The notes below the pieces were generated by a model. That model had not been told where the DNA came from. It saw only the letters and a list, made by a program, of their open reading frames with translations, and searched no databases. From Acidimicrobiaceae bacterium (GTDB lineage: Bacteria > Actinomycetota > Acidimicrobiia > Acidimicrobiales > Aldehydirespiratoraceae): a DNA stretch of 64,000 nucleotides. The stretch is from positions 24-64,023 of the forward strand of contig PBTQ01000008.1 in the NCBI GenBank assembly GCA_002729125.1. Reading direction: 5' to 3'. The position numbers and the translations under genes are program-made. Shown in pieces: positions 17,156-27,083 of this stretch (positions are counted from its first letter, which is position 1; every line of letters begins with the position of its first letter).

Positions 17156-17620
17156 TCAGTCAAGCCAGTGGACCGGCACCACGAGCTGCTGGCCAGGCTG
17201 AATCTGGGACCCACCGGCAAGGTCGCTGAGCTGGTCGACGAGTGCCCGGGGATCGCCCTCCGGTGCGAGAGCGCTCGCAATACCCCACAGGGTGTCGCCG
17301 GGCTGCACGACAACGCTGACCGACTCGGTGAGCTGACCTTCGGGGAACGGCGTAGCGTCGGCCCGCTGCATGAACGACACCACCCCGAGCACGAGTCCGA
17401 CCACGATGGCCACCACTGCAAGCCGGCGACGCCGGTAGACGTTCGCCTGATCGGTGACCGGCAGGCGGTACACCACGGCCAGGGGCGCAACCTCGGTGGG
17501 CGCCTCATCGAGTGCCGGCACGATCTGCAACACCGGACGCCGGGCCGAGGCGAGCGAGGGATCGTCAACGGTGCGGGGCCGGAAGGTGGTCTGCGGGGCG
17601 GGAGCGAAAGCAGCAGTCAT
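17156..17620 (-). CDS. LysM-domain membrane protein, ChiZ (Rv2719c)-like
   Basis: ATG at 17620. The product has a disordered N-terminus, one TM (LAVVAIVVGLVLGVVSF) and a C-terminal LysM (VVVQPGDTLWGIASALAP...QIQPGQQLVVP). It is divergent from lexA, as in mycobacteria. Confidence 0.8.
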   Translation of the reverse strand: MTAAFAPAPQTTFRPRTVDDPSLASARRPVLQIVPALDEAPTEVAPLAVVYRLPVTDQANVYRRRRLAVVAIVVGLVLGVVSFMQRADATPFPEGQLTESVSVVVQPGDTLWGIASALAPEGDPRALVDQLSDLAGGSQIQPGQQLVVPVHWLD

Positions 17621-17636
17621 GGGAGTCAGTCTCTTC

Positions 17637-17657
17637 AGGGGGTGTGACACACCCGGA
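17637..17657 (-). promoter_or_regulatory. RecA-NDp/PafBC-like promoter motif (copy 1 of a shared 20-mer)
   Basis: The minus strand reads TCCGGGTGTGTCACACCCCCT, then GAAGAGACT, with the ATG about 9 nt further on. GGGGGTGTGACAC-N-CCCGGA is repeated at 28511-28530 upstream of recA (19/20 identical). The spacing suggests a leaderless or near-leaderless mRNA. Confidence 0.45.
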
Positions 17658-17732
17658 GGCGATGGAAGGTTGTCGCCGCCCCGGGCCCCTCCGAGAGGGA
17701 TTTCGGAGCGAAGTTCCCGGGTACTTGACACC

Positions 17733-17799
17733 GAACGAATGTTTGGCGAACATGTGTGCGGCGAACAACTGTTCGACTATTCAACCCGAACACCTGTTC
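17733..17799. promoter_or_regulatory. cluster of four LexA (Cheo/SOS) boxes in the lexA / LysM divergent intergenic region
   Basis: Two perfect GAAC-N4-GTTC boxes lie at 17763-17774 (GAACAACTGTTC) and 17788-17799 (GAACACCTGTTC). Two imperfect boxes lie at 17733-17744 (GAACGAATGTTT) and 17748-17759 (GAACATGTGTGC). Confidence 0.8.
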
Positions 17800-17885
17800 G
17801 TTTGTCAACCATCGACCACAAGAAATCCCCAACTTGTCCACAGGCCGCCCGCCAAAGGCGGGGAAACAGCCCAACGGAGGTCCCC

Positions 17886-18515
17886 ATGTCCGACACACTC
17901 ACCACTCGACAGCGAGAAATCCTCGACTGCATCGTCGAGCATCAGAACGACCGGGGCTACCCCCCGTCGGTGCGTGAGATCGGGGAGGCGGTCGGCTTGA
18001 AGTCACCGGCAACCGTCAAGGCCCACCTCGACAACCTCAAAGACGCCGGCTACCTCCTGCGCGATCCGGCCAAGCCCCGCGCCATCCAGGTGCGTTACGA
18101 AGGCCTTTCCGGTGCGAGCGCCGAGCGCCGCCCCGTCCGCCATGTTCCACTCGTCGGCGATGTCGCCGCCGGCACCGATGTGCTCGCCTCCGAGAACATC
18201 GAAGAGGTCGTCCCGATGCCCGCCGACCTCACCGGCGAGGGCGAGCTGTTCATGCTGCGAGTACGAGGCGAATCGATGGTTGACATCGGGATCTTCGACG
18301 GCGACTTCGTGGTCTGCCAGAGCCAGACCACCGCCACGAAAGGCGACATCGTCATCGCTGGTATCCCCGGTGAGGAAGCCACGGTGAAGACGTACCAGGA
18401 GCGCGACGGCATGATCGTGCTCGTCCCCCACAACGCATCGCTCAGCGACATGGTGTTCGATCCGGCCGAGGTGCAGATCTTCGGCAAGGTCGTCACCGTG
18501 ATGCGTAAGCTCTGA
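17886..18515 (+). CDS. lexA: LexA repressor
   Basis: ATG at 17886 is preceded by GGAGG. The product reads MSDTLTTRQREILDCIVEHQNDRGYPPSVREIGEAVGLKSPATVKAHL... and has the Ala-Gly cleavage site (VAAGTD) and S24 peptidase Ser/Lys blocks (RVRGESM, ATVKT). Confidence 0.95.
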   Translation: MSDTLTTRQREILDCIVEHQNDRGYPPSVREIGEAVGLKSPATVKAHLDNLKDAGYLLRDPAKPRAIQVRYEGLSGASAERRPVRHVPLVGDVAAGTDVLASENIEEVVPMPADLTGEGELFMLRVRGESMVDIGIFDGDFVVCQSQTTATKGDIVIAGIPGEEATVKTYQERDGMIVLVPHNASLSDMVFDPAEVQIFGKVVTVMRKL

Positions 18516-18584
18516 CTCGAGCAGAGCGGGCATCAACATGCTCGCCCCGCCCACCGAACCGCTGTACGGCCGGGCGGCTGAGGA

Positions 18585-19700
18585 TCAGACGCCGTTGGTG
18601 ATCACGTCGAGCAGCGCAGCGTGAGTGTCGACCACCCACGCCCGCTCGACATATTCGCCCTCGGTGTGCGCGATGGTGGCGTCGCCAGGACCGAAATTCG
18701 AAGCGGGCACACCCCGGTCGGCAAAGAACGCAACGTCGGTCCAGCCAAGCTTGGCGCGCACCTCGAGGCCGTTCCGTTCGACCAGCGCCTCGATGAGCGG
18801 ATCACCGAGCCCGGGGCGGGCGGCGGGCGAGAGATCGGTCACCTCGACGGTATCGCCATCCTGCAGCGCCGGTGCTAGCACGGAACGCACGTGGGCCACG
18901 GCCTCCTCGCTGGATCGATCGGGGGCGAAACGATGGTTGATCCGCACCATGGCCGAATCGGGCACGACATTGCCGGCAACGCCACCTTCGACATGCACCG
19001 CCTGCAGTGCCTCACGGTACACGCACCCTTCGACGACGGGACAGCGGGCCTCGTAGGCCTCGACGATCGCAAGAAGCTCACCCAGGCGATGAATCGCATT
19101 GCGTCCCATCCACGGGCGAGCGGTGTGGGCTCGGGCCCCCTGAAGGGTGACCTCGACCCGCAGGGTTCCCTGACAACCGGCTTCGAGCGTCCCGAGGGTC
19201 GGCTCGCCGAGCAAGGCGACATCTCCATCGAGCAGATCGGGTCGCTCGGCTTCGATCTCGCGCAGCCCGTTGTGGATCACCGCCACCTCCTCGCGCGCAT
19301 AGAACACGTAGGTGAGGTCGACAGCCGGTTCGGTGACGGCGCGGGCGAGCTCGAGCATCGTCGCCAGTCCGCCCTTCATGTCGCTGGTGCCAACGCCGTA
19401 CATCCGGTCACCCTCGATGCGGGCCCCGGCGTTGCCATTGGCCGGCACCGTGTCGGTGTGACCACCGAGAACGAGTCGTCGATCACGGTCGAGCGTGGTG
19501 CGGGCGACCAGGTTGTCGCCGATGCGATCGACGGTTAGATGTGGGCACGCCCGAAGCTCCGCCTCGATGACCGCCACGATTTCCTGCTCGTTGAAGCTTT
19601 CGGACGCAATGTCGACGAGCGCGGCCGTGAGGGCGAACACGTCGCCGGTAGGCAGGCTTGGGGCGACCACGTCGGTCACGAGATCAGACCGCTTGACCAT
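18585..19700 (-). CDS. dapE: succinyl-diaminopimelate desuccinylase (M20 peptidase)
   Basis: M20 blocks LGGHTDTVP and GVGTSDMKGG, with a length typical of actinobacterial DapE. The start is either ATG 19700 (17-nt overlap with dapD) or GTG 19679. The upstream ORF extension is R/S-rich shadow. Confidence 0.8.
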   Translation of the reverse strand: MVKRSDLVTDVVAPSLPTGDVFALTAALVDIASESFNEQEIVAVIEAELRACPHLTVDRIGDNLVARTTLDRDRRLVLGGHTDTVPANGNAGARIEGDRMYGVGTSDMKGGLATMLELARAVTEPAVDLTYVFYAREEVAVIHNGLREIEAERPDLLDGDVALLGEPTLGTLEAGCQGTLRVEVTLQGARAHTARPWMGRNAIHRLGELLAIVEAYEARCPVVEGCVYREALQAVHVEGGVAGNVVPDSAMVRINHRFAPDRSSEEAVAHVRSVLAPALQDGDTVEVTDLSPAARPGLGDPLIEALVERNGLEVRAKLGWTDVAFFADRGVPASNFGPGDATIAHTEGEYVERAWVVDTHAALLDVITNGV

Positions 19701-20508
19701 GATCGCGGAGGATGCCGTTGAGGGCAGACTTGTCGTGTCGCTGTCCCTCTTCGAGACGCTTGAGGACGAGCACAGCAGGAAGTCCGAACTCGCCCCCCGG
19801 GAAGCGCTTCGGACGAGTGCCGGCGACGGCGACGCACCAGGACGGCACCTCGCCTCGACCAAGCTCCTCACCCGTCTCGACATCGATCACGGGCATGGAG
19901 CCGGTAAGGATCGCGCCGGCGCCGAGCACCGTGCCCTCCCCTACCCGGGCACCCTCGGCCACGATGGCTCGACTGCCGATCATGCACTCATCACCGATCA
20001 TCACAGGAGCGGCCTGAGCGGGCTCAAGCACACCACCGATCCCGACACCACCCGACAGATGGACGTTCTTGCCGATCTGGGCGCACGAACCGACGGTGGC
20101 CCACGTGTCGACCATGGTGCCTTCGCCGACGTAAGCGCCAATGTTGGTGTAGCTCGGCATCATCACCACGCCGGGGGCTTGATAGCTACCCCACCGGGCC
20201 TGGGCTCCGGGCACCACGCGGACACCGCGCTCCATGTAGTCACTCTTGAGGGGGATCTTGTCGGCGTACTCGAACGGTGCGTGCTCAATGGTCTCCATCT
20301 TGGAGATCTTGAACAGCAACAGGACAGCGTATTTGCACCACTGGTTCACGGTGACCGAGCCGTCGGGGTTCCACTCCGCGACACGGGCCATGCCGGTGTC
20401 GAGGGCGTCTATCGCCTCGTGCACGGTGGCAACGACCTCTGGGTCGTCGGCGCCGAGGCTGTCGCGGCCCTCCCACAGGGCTTCGATCCGGGATTGCAGA
20501 TCACTCAT
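19684..20508 (-). CDS. dapD: 2,3,4,5-tetrahydropyridine-2,6-dicarboxylate N-succinyltransferase
   Basis: 274 aa. The block MPSYTNIGAYVGEGTMVDTWATVGSCAQIGKNVHLSGGVGIGGVLEP is almost identical to the hexapeptide-repeat core of E. coli DapD as I recall it. Confidence 0.9.
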   Translation of the reverse strand: MSDLQSRIEALWEGRDSLGADDPEVVATVHEAIDALDTGMARVAEWNPDGSVTVNQWCKYAVLLLFKISKMETIEHAPFEYADKIPLKSDYMERGVRVVPGAQARWGSYQAPGVVMMPSYTNIGAYVGEGTMVDTWATVGSCAQIGKNVHLSGGVGIGGVLEPAQAAPVMIGDECMIGSRAIVAEGARVGEGTVLGAGAILTGSMPVIDVETGEELGRGEVPSWCVAVAGTRPKRFPGGEFGLPAVLVLKRLEEGQRHDKSALNGILRDHGQAV

Positions 20509-20559
20509 AGAGCGGCAGGCTAGCTGGGCGATCCCGATAGGCCGTGGTCGGCGAGTCGC

Positions 20560-21693
20560 TTACGCCGTGAGTCGATCTGTTGCGGTGCGGAGATCATCGG
20601 AGGGCTGAACGGCAGCGAACCGGACATGGTCCGTGCGGCTGCCGTAGAACTCGCTCGGGCTGACGATCACACCGGCTCGCTCGGCAAGGGTTCGGGCGAG
20701 CGCCCAGGAATCACCGTCGGGGGCTGCGGCCCACAGGTAGAAGCCACCACCGGGCAGCTCGCCATCAGCGCCGGCCACCCGCAACAGGGCGAGGCCGAGC
20801 TCGAGACGTTCTCGATAGATCTCCCGCTGCGCGTCGACGTGCTGCTGTTCGTCGAAGGCGGCGGCGGCTGCCGCCTGAACCGGACCGGGCACCATCAAGC
20901 CTGCGTGCTTACGGACCTCGCGCAGGTACTGCACAAGGTCGGTGTCCCCGGCGTAGAAGCCGGCTCGGACGCCAGCGAGGTTCGAGCGTTTGGAGAGCGA
21001 GTGCAGCGCAAGCACGTTGTCGGTGCCGTGCTGCAGGATCGACTGTGGCCCTCCATCCCAGGTGAATTCGATATAGCACTCGTCGGAGAGCACGGTGACG
21101 TCGTGTTCTCGACCGAACGCTGCAGCAGCCGCGAGGTCGTCGATGCCGCCCGCCGGATTTCCGGGCGTGTTGACCCACAGGCACAGTGCCCGGGCGGCGT
21201 CATCAGGATCGATGGCGGCGAGGTCGATGCGCCACTGCTCGTCGACAGGCACGGCGACGGCTCGACAACCCGAGAAGATGGCACCTTGCTCGTAGCTCGG
21301 GTACGACACCTCGGGGTAGAGAACGGTGTCGCGGTCGGGCCGGCGCATCCGCAGATAGTGCGGGGTACCAGCCACGAACTCCTTGGTGCCGATGGTGGCC
21401 CCGATCTGTCTCACAGGATCGACATGGACATCGGCGATACGAGCCATCCATCGGGCGGCAGCCTCCCGGAACGCGAGCGACCCAATCGAGGGCGGATAAC
21501 CCCGTTCGGCGTTCGACGACGACAGCGCCTCGATCACCGACGCTGGTGGCGGATCGATCGGCGCGCCAATCGAGCAGTCGATCACCGAACCAAAACGGTC
21601 CTGGGCGACCGCTCGCAGTTCGTCGAGCAGGTCGTAGGGATACGGCGGTGGGTCGTACGGCGTCTGGTACGGATGCGTCGTCTCGCTCACCAT
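20560..21693 (-). CDS. dapC: succinyldiaminopimelate aminotransferase (class I PLP aminotransferase)
   Basis: 377 aa with a fold-type I aminotransferase layout (NTPGNPAG, HSLSKRSNLAGVRAGF with the PLP Lys). The DapC assignment rests partly on the dapD/dapE/dapF context. Confidence 0.7.
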   Translation of the reverse strand: MVSETTHPYQTPYDPPPYPYDLLDELRAVAQDRFGSVIDCSIGAPIDPPPASVIEALSSSNAERGYPPSIGSLAFREAAARWMARIADVHVDPVRQIGATIGTKEFVAGTPHYLRMRRPDRDTVLYPEVSYPSYEQGAIFSGCRAVAVPVDEQWRIDLAAIDPDDAARALCLWVNTPGNPAGGIDDLAAAAAFGREHDVTVLSDECYIEFTWDGGPQSILQHGTDNVLALHSLSKRSNLAGVRAGFYAGDTDLVQYLREVRKHAGLMVPGPVQAAAAAAFDEQQHVDAQREIYRERLELGLALLRVAGADGELPGGGFYLWAAAPDGDSWALARTLAERAGVIVSPSEFYGSRTDHVRFAAVQPSDDLRTATDRLTA

Positions 21694-23153
21694 TCGACCT
21701 CTTCGTGGGGCTGCTGTGACGGTACTTCGCCATCGACGGTCAGCACGTACTCGCGCAAGTGTCCGAGCGACGCCGGCTCAAGCCGGGCCTTGAGCCGCAT
21801 CCCGTGTTCCTCCGCGCCCTCCGACAAAACCTGACCCTCGCGGTGTACTGAGGCGAGCACGTCGCCGCGATCCCAGGGGATCATCAGCTCGGCGAGCGCG
21901 GTCATCGACCGAACCCGATCACCGATCACCGCCCTGAGCTGTTCGAGGTTGAAGCCGGAATGGGCCGAAACGGCGACACTGCCCTCGTACTTTTCGGCCA
22001 AGCGTTCGGAACCATCGCCTTGGTCACCCTTGTTGAAGACGAGGAGCTCAGGCACATCACCTGCCCCGATCTCCTCGAGCACCTCACGTACGGCGTCCAT
22101 CGACCCGACCGGGTCGTATCCATTCCCATCGACAACGTGAACGAGCAGGTCGGCATCGCGAACAACGTCGAGGGTGGTTTTGAAGGCCGTGACGAGCTGA
22201 TGAGGCAGCTTGCGGACGAACCCGACCGTGTCGGTGGCAAAGACCATCTCACCGCCGAGCAGGGCAAGGCGTCGAGTGGTGGCATCGAGCGTGGCGAAGA
22301 GTCGATCCTCGACATGAACATCGGCACCAGCAAGACGGTTGAGCAGCGACGATTTGCCGGCGTTGGTGTACCCGACGAGGGCGATCGCCCGGTTGCGGGT
22401 GCGAGAGCGCTGTTTTGACTGCGTCTCGCGATGCGCCTGGACCTTGCGCAGGTCGGCTTCGAGCTTGTGTACCCGACGCACAAGACGGCGACGGTCGACC
22501 TCGAGCTGGGTCTCACCCGGGCCTCTAGTGCCGATTCCGCCGCCCTGCTGGGAGAAGGTGCGGCCACTTGAGCGAAGACGCGGCAGGCGGTAGCGCAGTT
22601 GGGCAAGTTCCACCTGGGCCTTGCCTTCCTGACTGCTGGCGTTCTGGGCGAAAATGTCGAGGATGACGGCGGTGCGGTCGAGCGCCGACCGGCCGAGAAT
22701 TTTCTCGAGGTTGTATTGCTGGGCCGGGGTGAGCTCGTCGTCGAAGACGACCGTGTCGGCATCAATTGCGTTGGCCGCCGCCTTGATCTCCTTGGCCTTA
22801 CCCGAACCGACGTAGGTGGCCGCATCGGGTGACCCACGACGCTGCACGACGCGGTCGAGCGCGTCGGCACCGGCAGTGTCGACCAGCAGCGCCAGCTCGT
22901 CGAGCGAGGCATCGGTCTGTTCTGGATCGTCGCCCCCAAGGGTGACGCCAACGAGCACAATGCGCTCCCGGAAGGTCCGCTCGATGAGGCCGCCGGACTC
23001 GCCGCCGTAGTCGCCGAACGCGCCGCGGTGGCTCTCTTCGGCGTCGGTGATGAGGCCGGACACGTCGTCGTTCCGGTCGAACTCGTCGATCAGGTCGTCC
23101 GTATCGAAGATGTTCGGGAGCTCGCGCTCGCCGTTGCTGCCCTCGTCAGGCAC
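21687..23153 (-). CDS. hflX: GTPase HflX
   Basis: HflX N-domain (AQVELAQLRYRLPRL), G1 GYTNAGKSSLLN, G3 DTVGF and G4 NKGD are present. The start is chosen at GTG 23153 (8-nt overlap with the dapF stop). Alternatives are 23192 and 23264. Confidence 0.9.
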   Translation of the reverse strand: MPDEGSNGERELPNIFDTDDLIDEFDRNDDVSGLITDAEESHRGAFGDYGGESGGLIERTFRERIVLVGVTLGGDDPEQTDASLDELALLVDTAGADALDRVVQRRGSPDAATYVGSGKAKEIKAAANAIDADTVVFDDELTPAQQYNLEKILGRSALDRTAVILDIFAQNASSQEGKAQVELAQLRYRLPRLRSSGRTFSQQGGGIGTRGPGETQLEVDRRRLVRRVHKLEADLRKVQAHRETQSKQRSRTRNRAIALVGYTNAGKSSLLNRLAGADVHVEDRLFATLDATTRRLALLGGEMVFATDTVGFVRKLPHQLVTAFKTTLDVVRDADLLVHVVDGNGYDPVGSMDAVREVLEEIGAGDVPELLVFNKGDQGDGSERLAEKYEGSVAVSAHSGFNLEQLRAVIGDRVRSMTALAELMIPWDRGDVLASVHREGQVLSEGAEEHGMRLKARLEPASLGHLREYVLTVDGEVPSQQPHEEVEW

Positions 23154-24003
23154 CCGGCCCCCCGAGGTCAGGGACGAGGAGGTCGGCCACATGGGTCGCC
23201 GGGCCGGTGAGGGTGGTGGGATCACCCACGTCGACCAGCGCATCGCCGCCGGGCATGCGCACAATCACCTTGCGACCGACCAAGCCCCAGCGATGGAAGA
23301 TGTTGGCCGAGACGGTGGCGCCGGTGCCGCAGGCGTTGGTGATACCGGCACCTCGCTCCCAGACGCGATGGTAGAGCTCGTCGGTGCCGCTCACGGTCAC
23401 GAAGTGCACATTGGCGCCGTCTTCGAAGTGAGCTTCGATTGCGGGTCCGACGAGGGCCAGGTCGATCTCGTCAGGGTCGCCGACCTCGCAGACGACATGC
23501 GGATTGCCGATGTCACCTGTTTTCCAGCGCTTCACCGACGCAACTGGCGCACCGACAGCCTCCATTAGGTCAGCAACGACAGGAACAGGCCCAGGGCGCA
23601 CCACGCCCATGTCAACCCTGGCGGTCACGACGTGGGGCTCACCGGTTTTCTGCACCGTGCACTCCCGCACACCGGCTGGGGTGGAGACCTTGAGGTGGAG
23701 ATCGTCGAGGCCATGCGCCTGAGCAACCGCCTGGGCAAAGCAGCGTAAGCCGTTACCGCTCAGAGCGGCAGGGCTGCCATCGCTGTTGAACAGCCGCATG
23801 ACGATCTCACCCTCATCGTCATGTTTGGGTCCGGGCGGCAGGCCGAAGATCAACCCGTCGGCACCGATGCCGGTGCGGCGATCACACCAGGCGCGGGCGC
23901 GCGTGACGGCGTCGAGTGGAAGGTGTTCGGCGAGACAAACGAGAAAGTCGTTGCCAAGACCGTGGTGCTTAGAGAGACGGATTGGCGTCGGCGCAGGGGC
24001 CAT
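23146..24003 (-). CDS. dapF: diaminopimelate epimerase
   Basis: ATG at 24003. Blocks are KHHGLGNDFLV, SGNGLRCFA and ACGTGA (both catalytic Cys motifs). Confidence 0.9.
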   Translation of the reverse strand: MAPAPTPIRLSKHHGLGNDFLVCLAEHLPLDAVTRARAWCDRRTGIGADGLIFGLPPGPKHDDEGEIVMRLFNSDGSPAALSGNGLRCFAQAVAQAHGLDDLHLKVSTPAGVRECTVQKTGEPHVVTARVDMGVVRPGPVPVVADLMEAVGAPVASVKRWKTGDIGNPHVVCEVGDPDEIDLALVGPAIEAHFEDGANVHFVTVSGTDELYHRVWERGAGITNACGTGATVSANIFHRWGLVGRKVIVRMPGGDALVDVGDPTTLTGPATHVADLLVPDLGGPGA

Positions 24004-24059
24004 GGCCCTATCATCGCAGGGAACGAGTGAACTTCGACAGGTTGTTCGGCCGAATGCGA

Positions 24060-24995
24060 TCAGCGACCGGTAGCCGCCGACCAATGTTCGACGACCGCGT
24101 CGACGTCCGGCGGAGCATCGACCCAGTGGATGCGGGGATCGCGTCGGAACCAGCGCTCCTGCCGGCGGGCGAACTGACGGGTTCGGGTGATCGCGAGGTC
24201 GATGGCTTCCTCGCGGCTGCATTCGCCGGCGATGTGCATGAGGAGCTCTCGGTACCCCAGCGCCTGCCTGGCCGTTCGGCCCGGGGCCTGCTGGGCGAGC
24301 CATCGGACCTCGTCAAGGAAACCTTCGGCCATCTGCTGCTCGTACCGCTCAGCGATTCGCACGTTGAGGTTGGCTCGATCCCATCGCAGGGCGACCTGCA
24401 CGAACTCGGACTCGCTGTAGGTATCGAGCCCGGGCCCGAACGAGGAGAACGGCCGCCCTGAGCCGAGGGTGACCTCGAGCGCCCGCACGACACGGCGCCG
24501 GTTCGTGGGCTCAATCCGTGAAGCCGCAGTGGGGTCGAGTTCGGCAAGGCGGGCGTGAAGTCCCTCCGTGTGGGGGTCGGTCTCCAGCTCGGCCGCCACG
24601 TCGGGAAACCGTCCCGGGATCTCCAAGTTGTCGATGACCGCCCGAAGGTAGAGACCGGTGCCGCCGACGAGGATCGGCACCGCTCCTCGCTGGCGGACGC
24701 TGTCGATTGCGTCGCGGGCGAGCGACTGGAACTCGCTGACGGTGAAGGCGTGGGACGGGTCGACCAGATTGATCAGGTGGTGTCGGACGTGGGCCTGCTC
24801 CGCTGCCGTGGGTGTGGCGGTGCCGACGTTCATCCCGCAGTAGACCTGCATCGAGTCGGTCGAGATCAGCTCTGCCTCGCCGCCAACCGTGCGAATGCGA
24901 TCAACGAGCGCAAGCGCGAGCGCCGACTTGCCAGACGCAGTGGAACCGAGGATCGCCAGCGGGTGGTTCCGGTGGGGAGCCCAAACGTCGGTCAT
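24060..24995 (-). CDS. miaA: tRNA dimethylallyltransferase
   Basis: 311 aa. The P-loop GSTASGKSALAL is followed by MiaA blocks (HHLINLVDP, LVGGTGLYLRAV). Confidence 0.9.
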   Translation of the reverse strand: MTDVWAPHRNHPLAILGSTASGKSALALALVDRIRTVGGEAELISTDSMQVYCGMNVGTATPTAAEQAHVRHHLINLVDPSHAFTVSEFQSLARDAIDSVRQRGAVPILVGGTGLYLRAVIDNLEIPGRFPDVAAELETDPHTEGLHARLAELDPTAASRIEPTNRRRVVRALEVTLGSGRPFSSFGPGLDTYSESEFVQVALRWDRANLNVRIAERYEQQMAEGFLDEVRWLAQQAPGRTARQALGYRELLMHIAGECSREEAIDLAITRTRQFARRQERWFRRDPRIHWVDAPPDVDAVVEHWSAATGR

Positions 24996-25558
24996 GGCGC
25001 ATCGACCGGTTCGGCAACACCGACCTCCTCGGCGACCGTGCCGAGGAGCTGGCAGGTGTCGAGACGGCGGACATCGATGTCGTCAAGCCCGTATGCATCG
25101 AGAAACGGAGCAACGATGGCGGGCCCAAACCGGAGCGCCAACGCAACGGCCGCACGCGCAAGATCGAGGTGACGATCGCCCACCACGGTGTCTCCCATCA
25201 CGATCATCGAACCGTCACGCTGTAGCTCGACCATGCCGAGGTCGAGGCCCAGCGTGATCGCTACCTCGGCGGTGTTGGTCTCAGGAAGGGCGGCAACGGT
25301 CTCAACGGCGAGGCACGCCATCTCGTGGTGGGAACGGTCGAGGTACGGACCGGAGTCGAAGATGGCGTCGTCCTCAGCCTCGGTGGCAGCCCACACGACA
25401 GACGCGAAGAGCGCCAGATCGACCCGACCATCGGTGCTCGGCGCTGTCGTGTGCTTGGCAGCGAGGGCGCGTCCGAGGGCGCGGGCGGCCTGTTCGGGAT
25501 CGATCGGAACGGTCGGATCCGAGAGGGGAATGCCCTCGGGGTCGGTAGGGCCGGCCAT
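24992..25558 (-). CDS. hypothetical protein (between miaB and miaA)
   Basis: ATG at 25558, 4 nt after the miaB stop. Its stop overlaps the miaA start (ATGA). The 188-aa protein is acidic. No family recognised. Confidence 0.55.
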   Translation of the reverse strand: MAGPTDPEGIPLSDPTVPIDPEQAARALGRALAAKHTTAPSTDGRVDLALFASVVWAATEAEDDAIFDSGPYLDRSHHEMACLAVETVAALPETNTAEVAITLGLDLGMVELQRDGSMIVMGDTVVGDRHLDLARAAVALALRFGPAIVAPFLDAYGLDDIDVRRLDTCQLLGTVAEEVGVAEPVDAP

Positions 25559-25562
25559 CGGC

Positions 25563-27083
25563 TCAGCCCGAAACGACCGGGATCCGGGTGCGGTGACGGG
25601 CCGGAATCGTGATCTCGACAAGCTCACCCAACAGATGATTCGTCTTCGCGTCGAGCACACGAACGGTGGCGTAGGTCCCGGGCTTGATCGGTGACGGACT
25701 CGGGAAATGGATAAGGGTGTTGCGGCGGGTCCGGCCGGTGAGCACCGACGGATCCTTCTTGCTGGGCCCTTCGACCGTCACTTCCTCCACCAAGCCGACC
25801 CGGCTTTGGTTGGCCTTCAGGCTCGAGCGCTCGATCACTGTGCGCAGGCGTTCGTAGCGTTCGACGGCGACCTCGTGGGGTACCGCGAGCTCGGGCTGTT
25901 GGTCGAGCAGTTCGGCTGCTTCGGTGCCCAGGCGGGGGGAGAACACGAAGGTGAAGGCGCTCGCGAACTCGGCTGCGGCCGCTACCTCTAGGGTGCGCTC
26001 GAAGTCGTCGTCGGTCTCGCCGGGGAACCCGACGATGATGTCGGTGGAGACGGCCAGGCCGGGAATGGTCGCCCGGGCCTCTGCGAGCTTTTCGAGGAAG
26101 CGCTCGCTCGTGTAGCCCCGATGCATCAGCTTCAGGACTCGGTCGGATCCGGCCTGCAGCGGGAAGTGCAGGTGCTCACAGACCTCGGGCGTCTCGGCCA
26201 TGGCCTCGAAGGTCTCGGTGCGCATGTCTTTGGGGTGCGGTGAGGTGTAGCGGATCCGGTGCACACCCTCGATCGCTCCGATGTCGCGGAGCAGGTCGCC
26301 GAACAACGGACGAGCACGACGGTCGGTCATCCAACGGTCGCCGCACCAGAACGCATCGCCCTCATCGGCGTCACCCTCGCTGATGTCGAATGCCCGCCGG
26401 GCAAGAGCAAGGTCGCGGCCATAGCTGTTGACGTTTTGACCGAGGAGCGTGATCTCGCTGACTCCGTCGGCGGCGAGGTCACGCGCTTCATCAACAAGTT
26501 CGCCGAAGGGACGAGAGATTTCGGGGCCGCGAACGGCGGGCACGATGCAGAACGCGCAGGTGTTGTCGCAGCCGATCTGGATCGTGAGCCAACCGGCGTG
26601 GTCGACCTCTCGCCGGGTAGGCAATGCCGACGGGAAGGCATCTTGGTCGTCTCGGGCGGTGGCCTCGAGGATCTCGACGATTGGGCCGTGCTCTTGGGCG
26701 TGATCGAGGAGTTCGAGCGCGCGGTGCACGTTGTGTGTGCCGAAGACGACGTCGACATGGCCCGCACGATCCATGATCGTGTCACGGTCTTTTTGGGCGA
26801 GACAGCCACCGACGGCGATCTGAACATCGGGGTTCTGTTCTTTCAGCACCTTGAGGTGGCCGAGCGCCCCGTAGAGCTTGTTGTCGGCATTCTCACGGAT
26901 GCAGCAGGTGTTGAGGACGATCACGTCGGCATCAGCGACATCGTCGACGCGGTTCATGCCGTCGGCCTCGAGCAAGCCGGATATCCGCTCAGAGTCGTGC
27001 TCGTTCATCTGACAGCCGTACGTCTTGACGACGTAGGACTTGCCTTGACGGCTCACAGCGGTGTCGCTCACCTGATCGGTCAC
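25563..27083 (-). CDS. miaB: tRNA-i6A37 methylthiotransferase (radical SAM)
   Basis: 506 aa with the UPF0004 N-domain (TYGCQMNEHDSE), the radical SAM CxxxCxxC motif (GCDNTCAFCIVP) and a TRAM C-terminus. Confidence 0.95.
   Translation of the reverse strand: MTDQVSDTAVSRQGKSYVVKTYGCQMNEHDSERISGLLEADGMNRVDDVADADVIVLNTCCIRENADNKLYGALGHLKVLKEQNPDVQIAVGGCLAQKDRDTIMDRAGHVDVVFGTHNVHRALELLDHAQEHGPIVEILEATARDDQDAFPSALPTRREVDHAGWLTIQIGCDNTCAFCIVPAVRGPEISRPFGELVDEARDLAADGVSEITLLGQNVNSYGRDLALARRAFDISEGDADEGDAFWCGDRWMTDRRARPLFGDLLRDIGAIEGVHRIRYTSPHPKDMRTETFEAMAETPEVCEHLHFPLQAGSDRVLKLMHRGYTSERFLEKLAEARATIPGLAVSTDIIVGFPGETDDDFERTLEVAAAAEFASAFTFVFSPRLGTEAAELLDQQPELAVPHEVAVERYERLRTVIERSSLKANQSRVGLVEEVTVEGPSKKDPSVLTGRTRRNTLIHFPSPSPIKPGTYATVRVLDAKTNHLLGELVEITIPARHRTRIPVVSG

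Noticed and set aside
17454-17885. 144-codon upstream extension of the lexA ORF
   Set aside because: It would run through the SOS boxes and the divergent LysM gene start. LexA begins at the ATG at 17886, which has a GGAGG SD.
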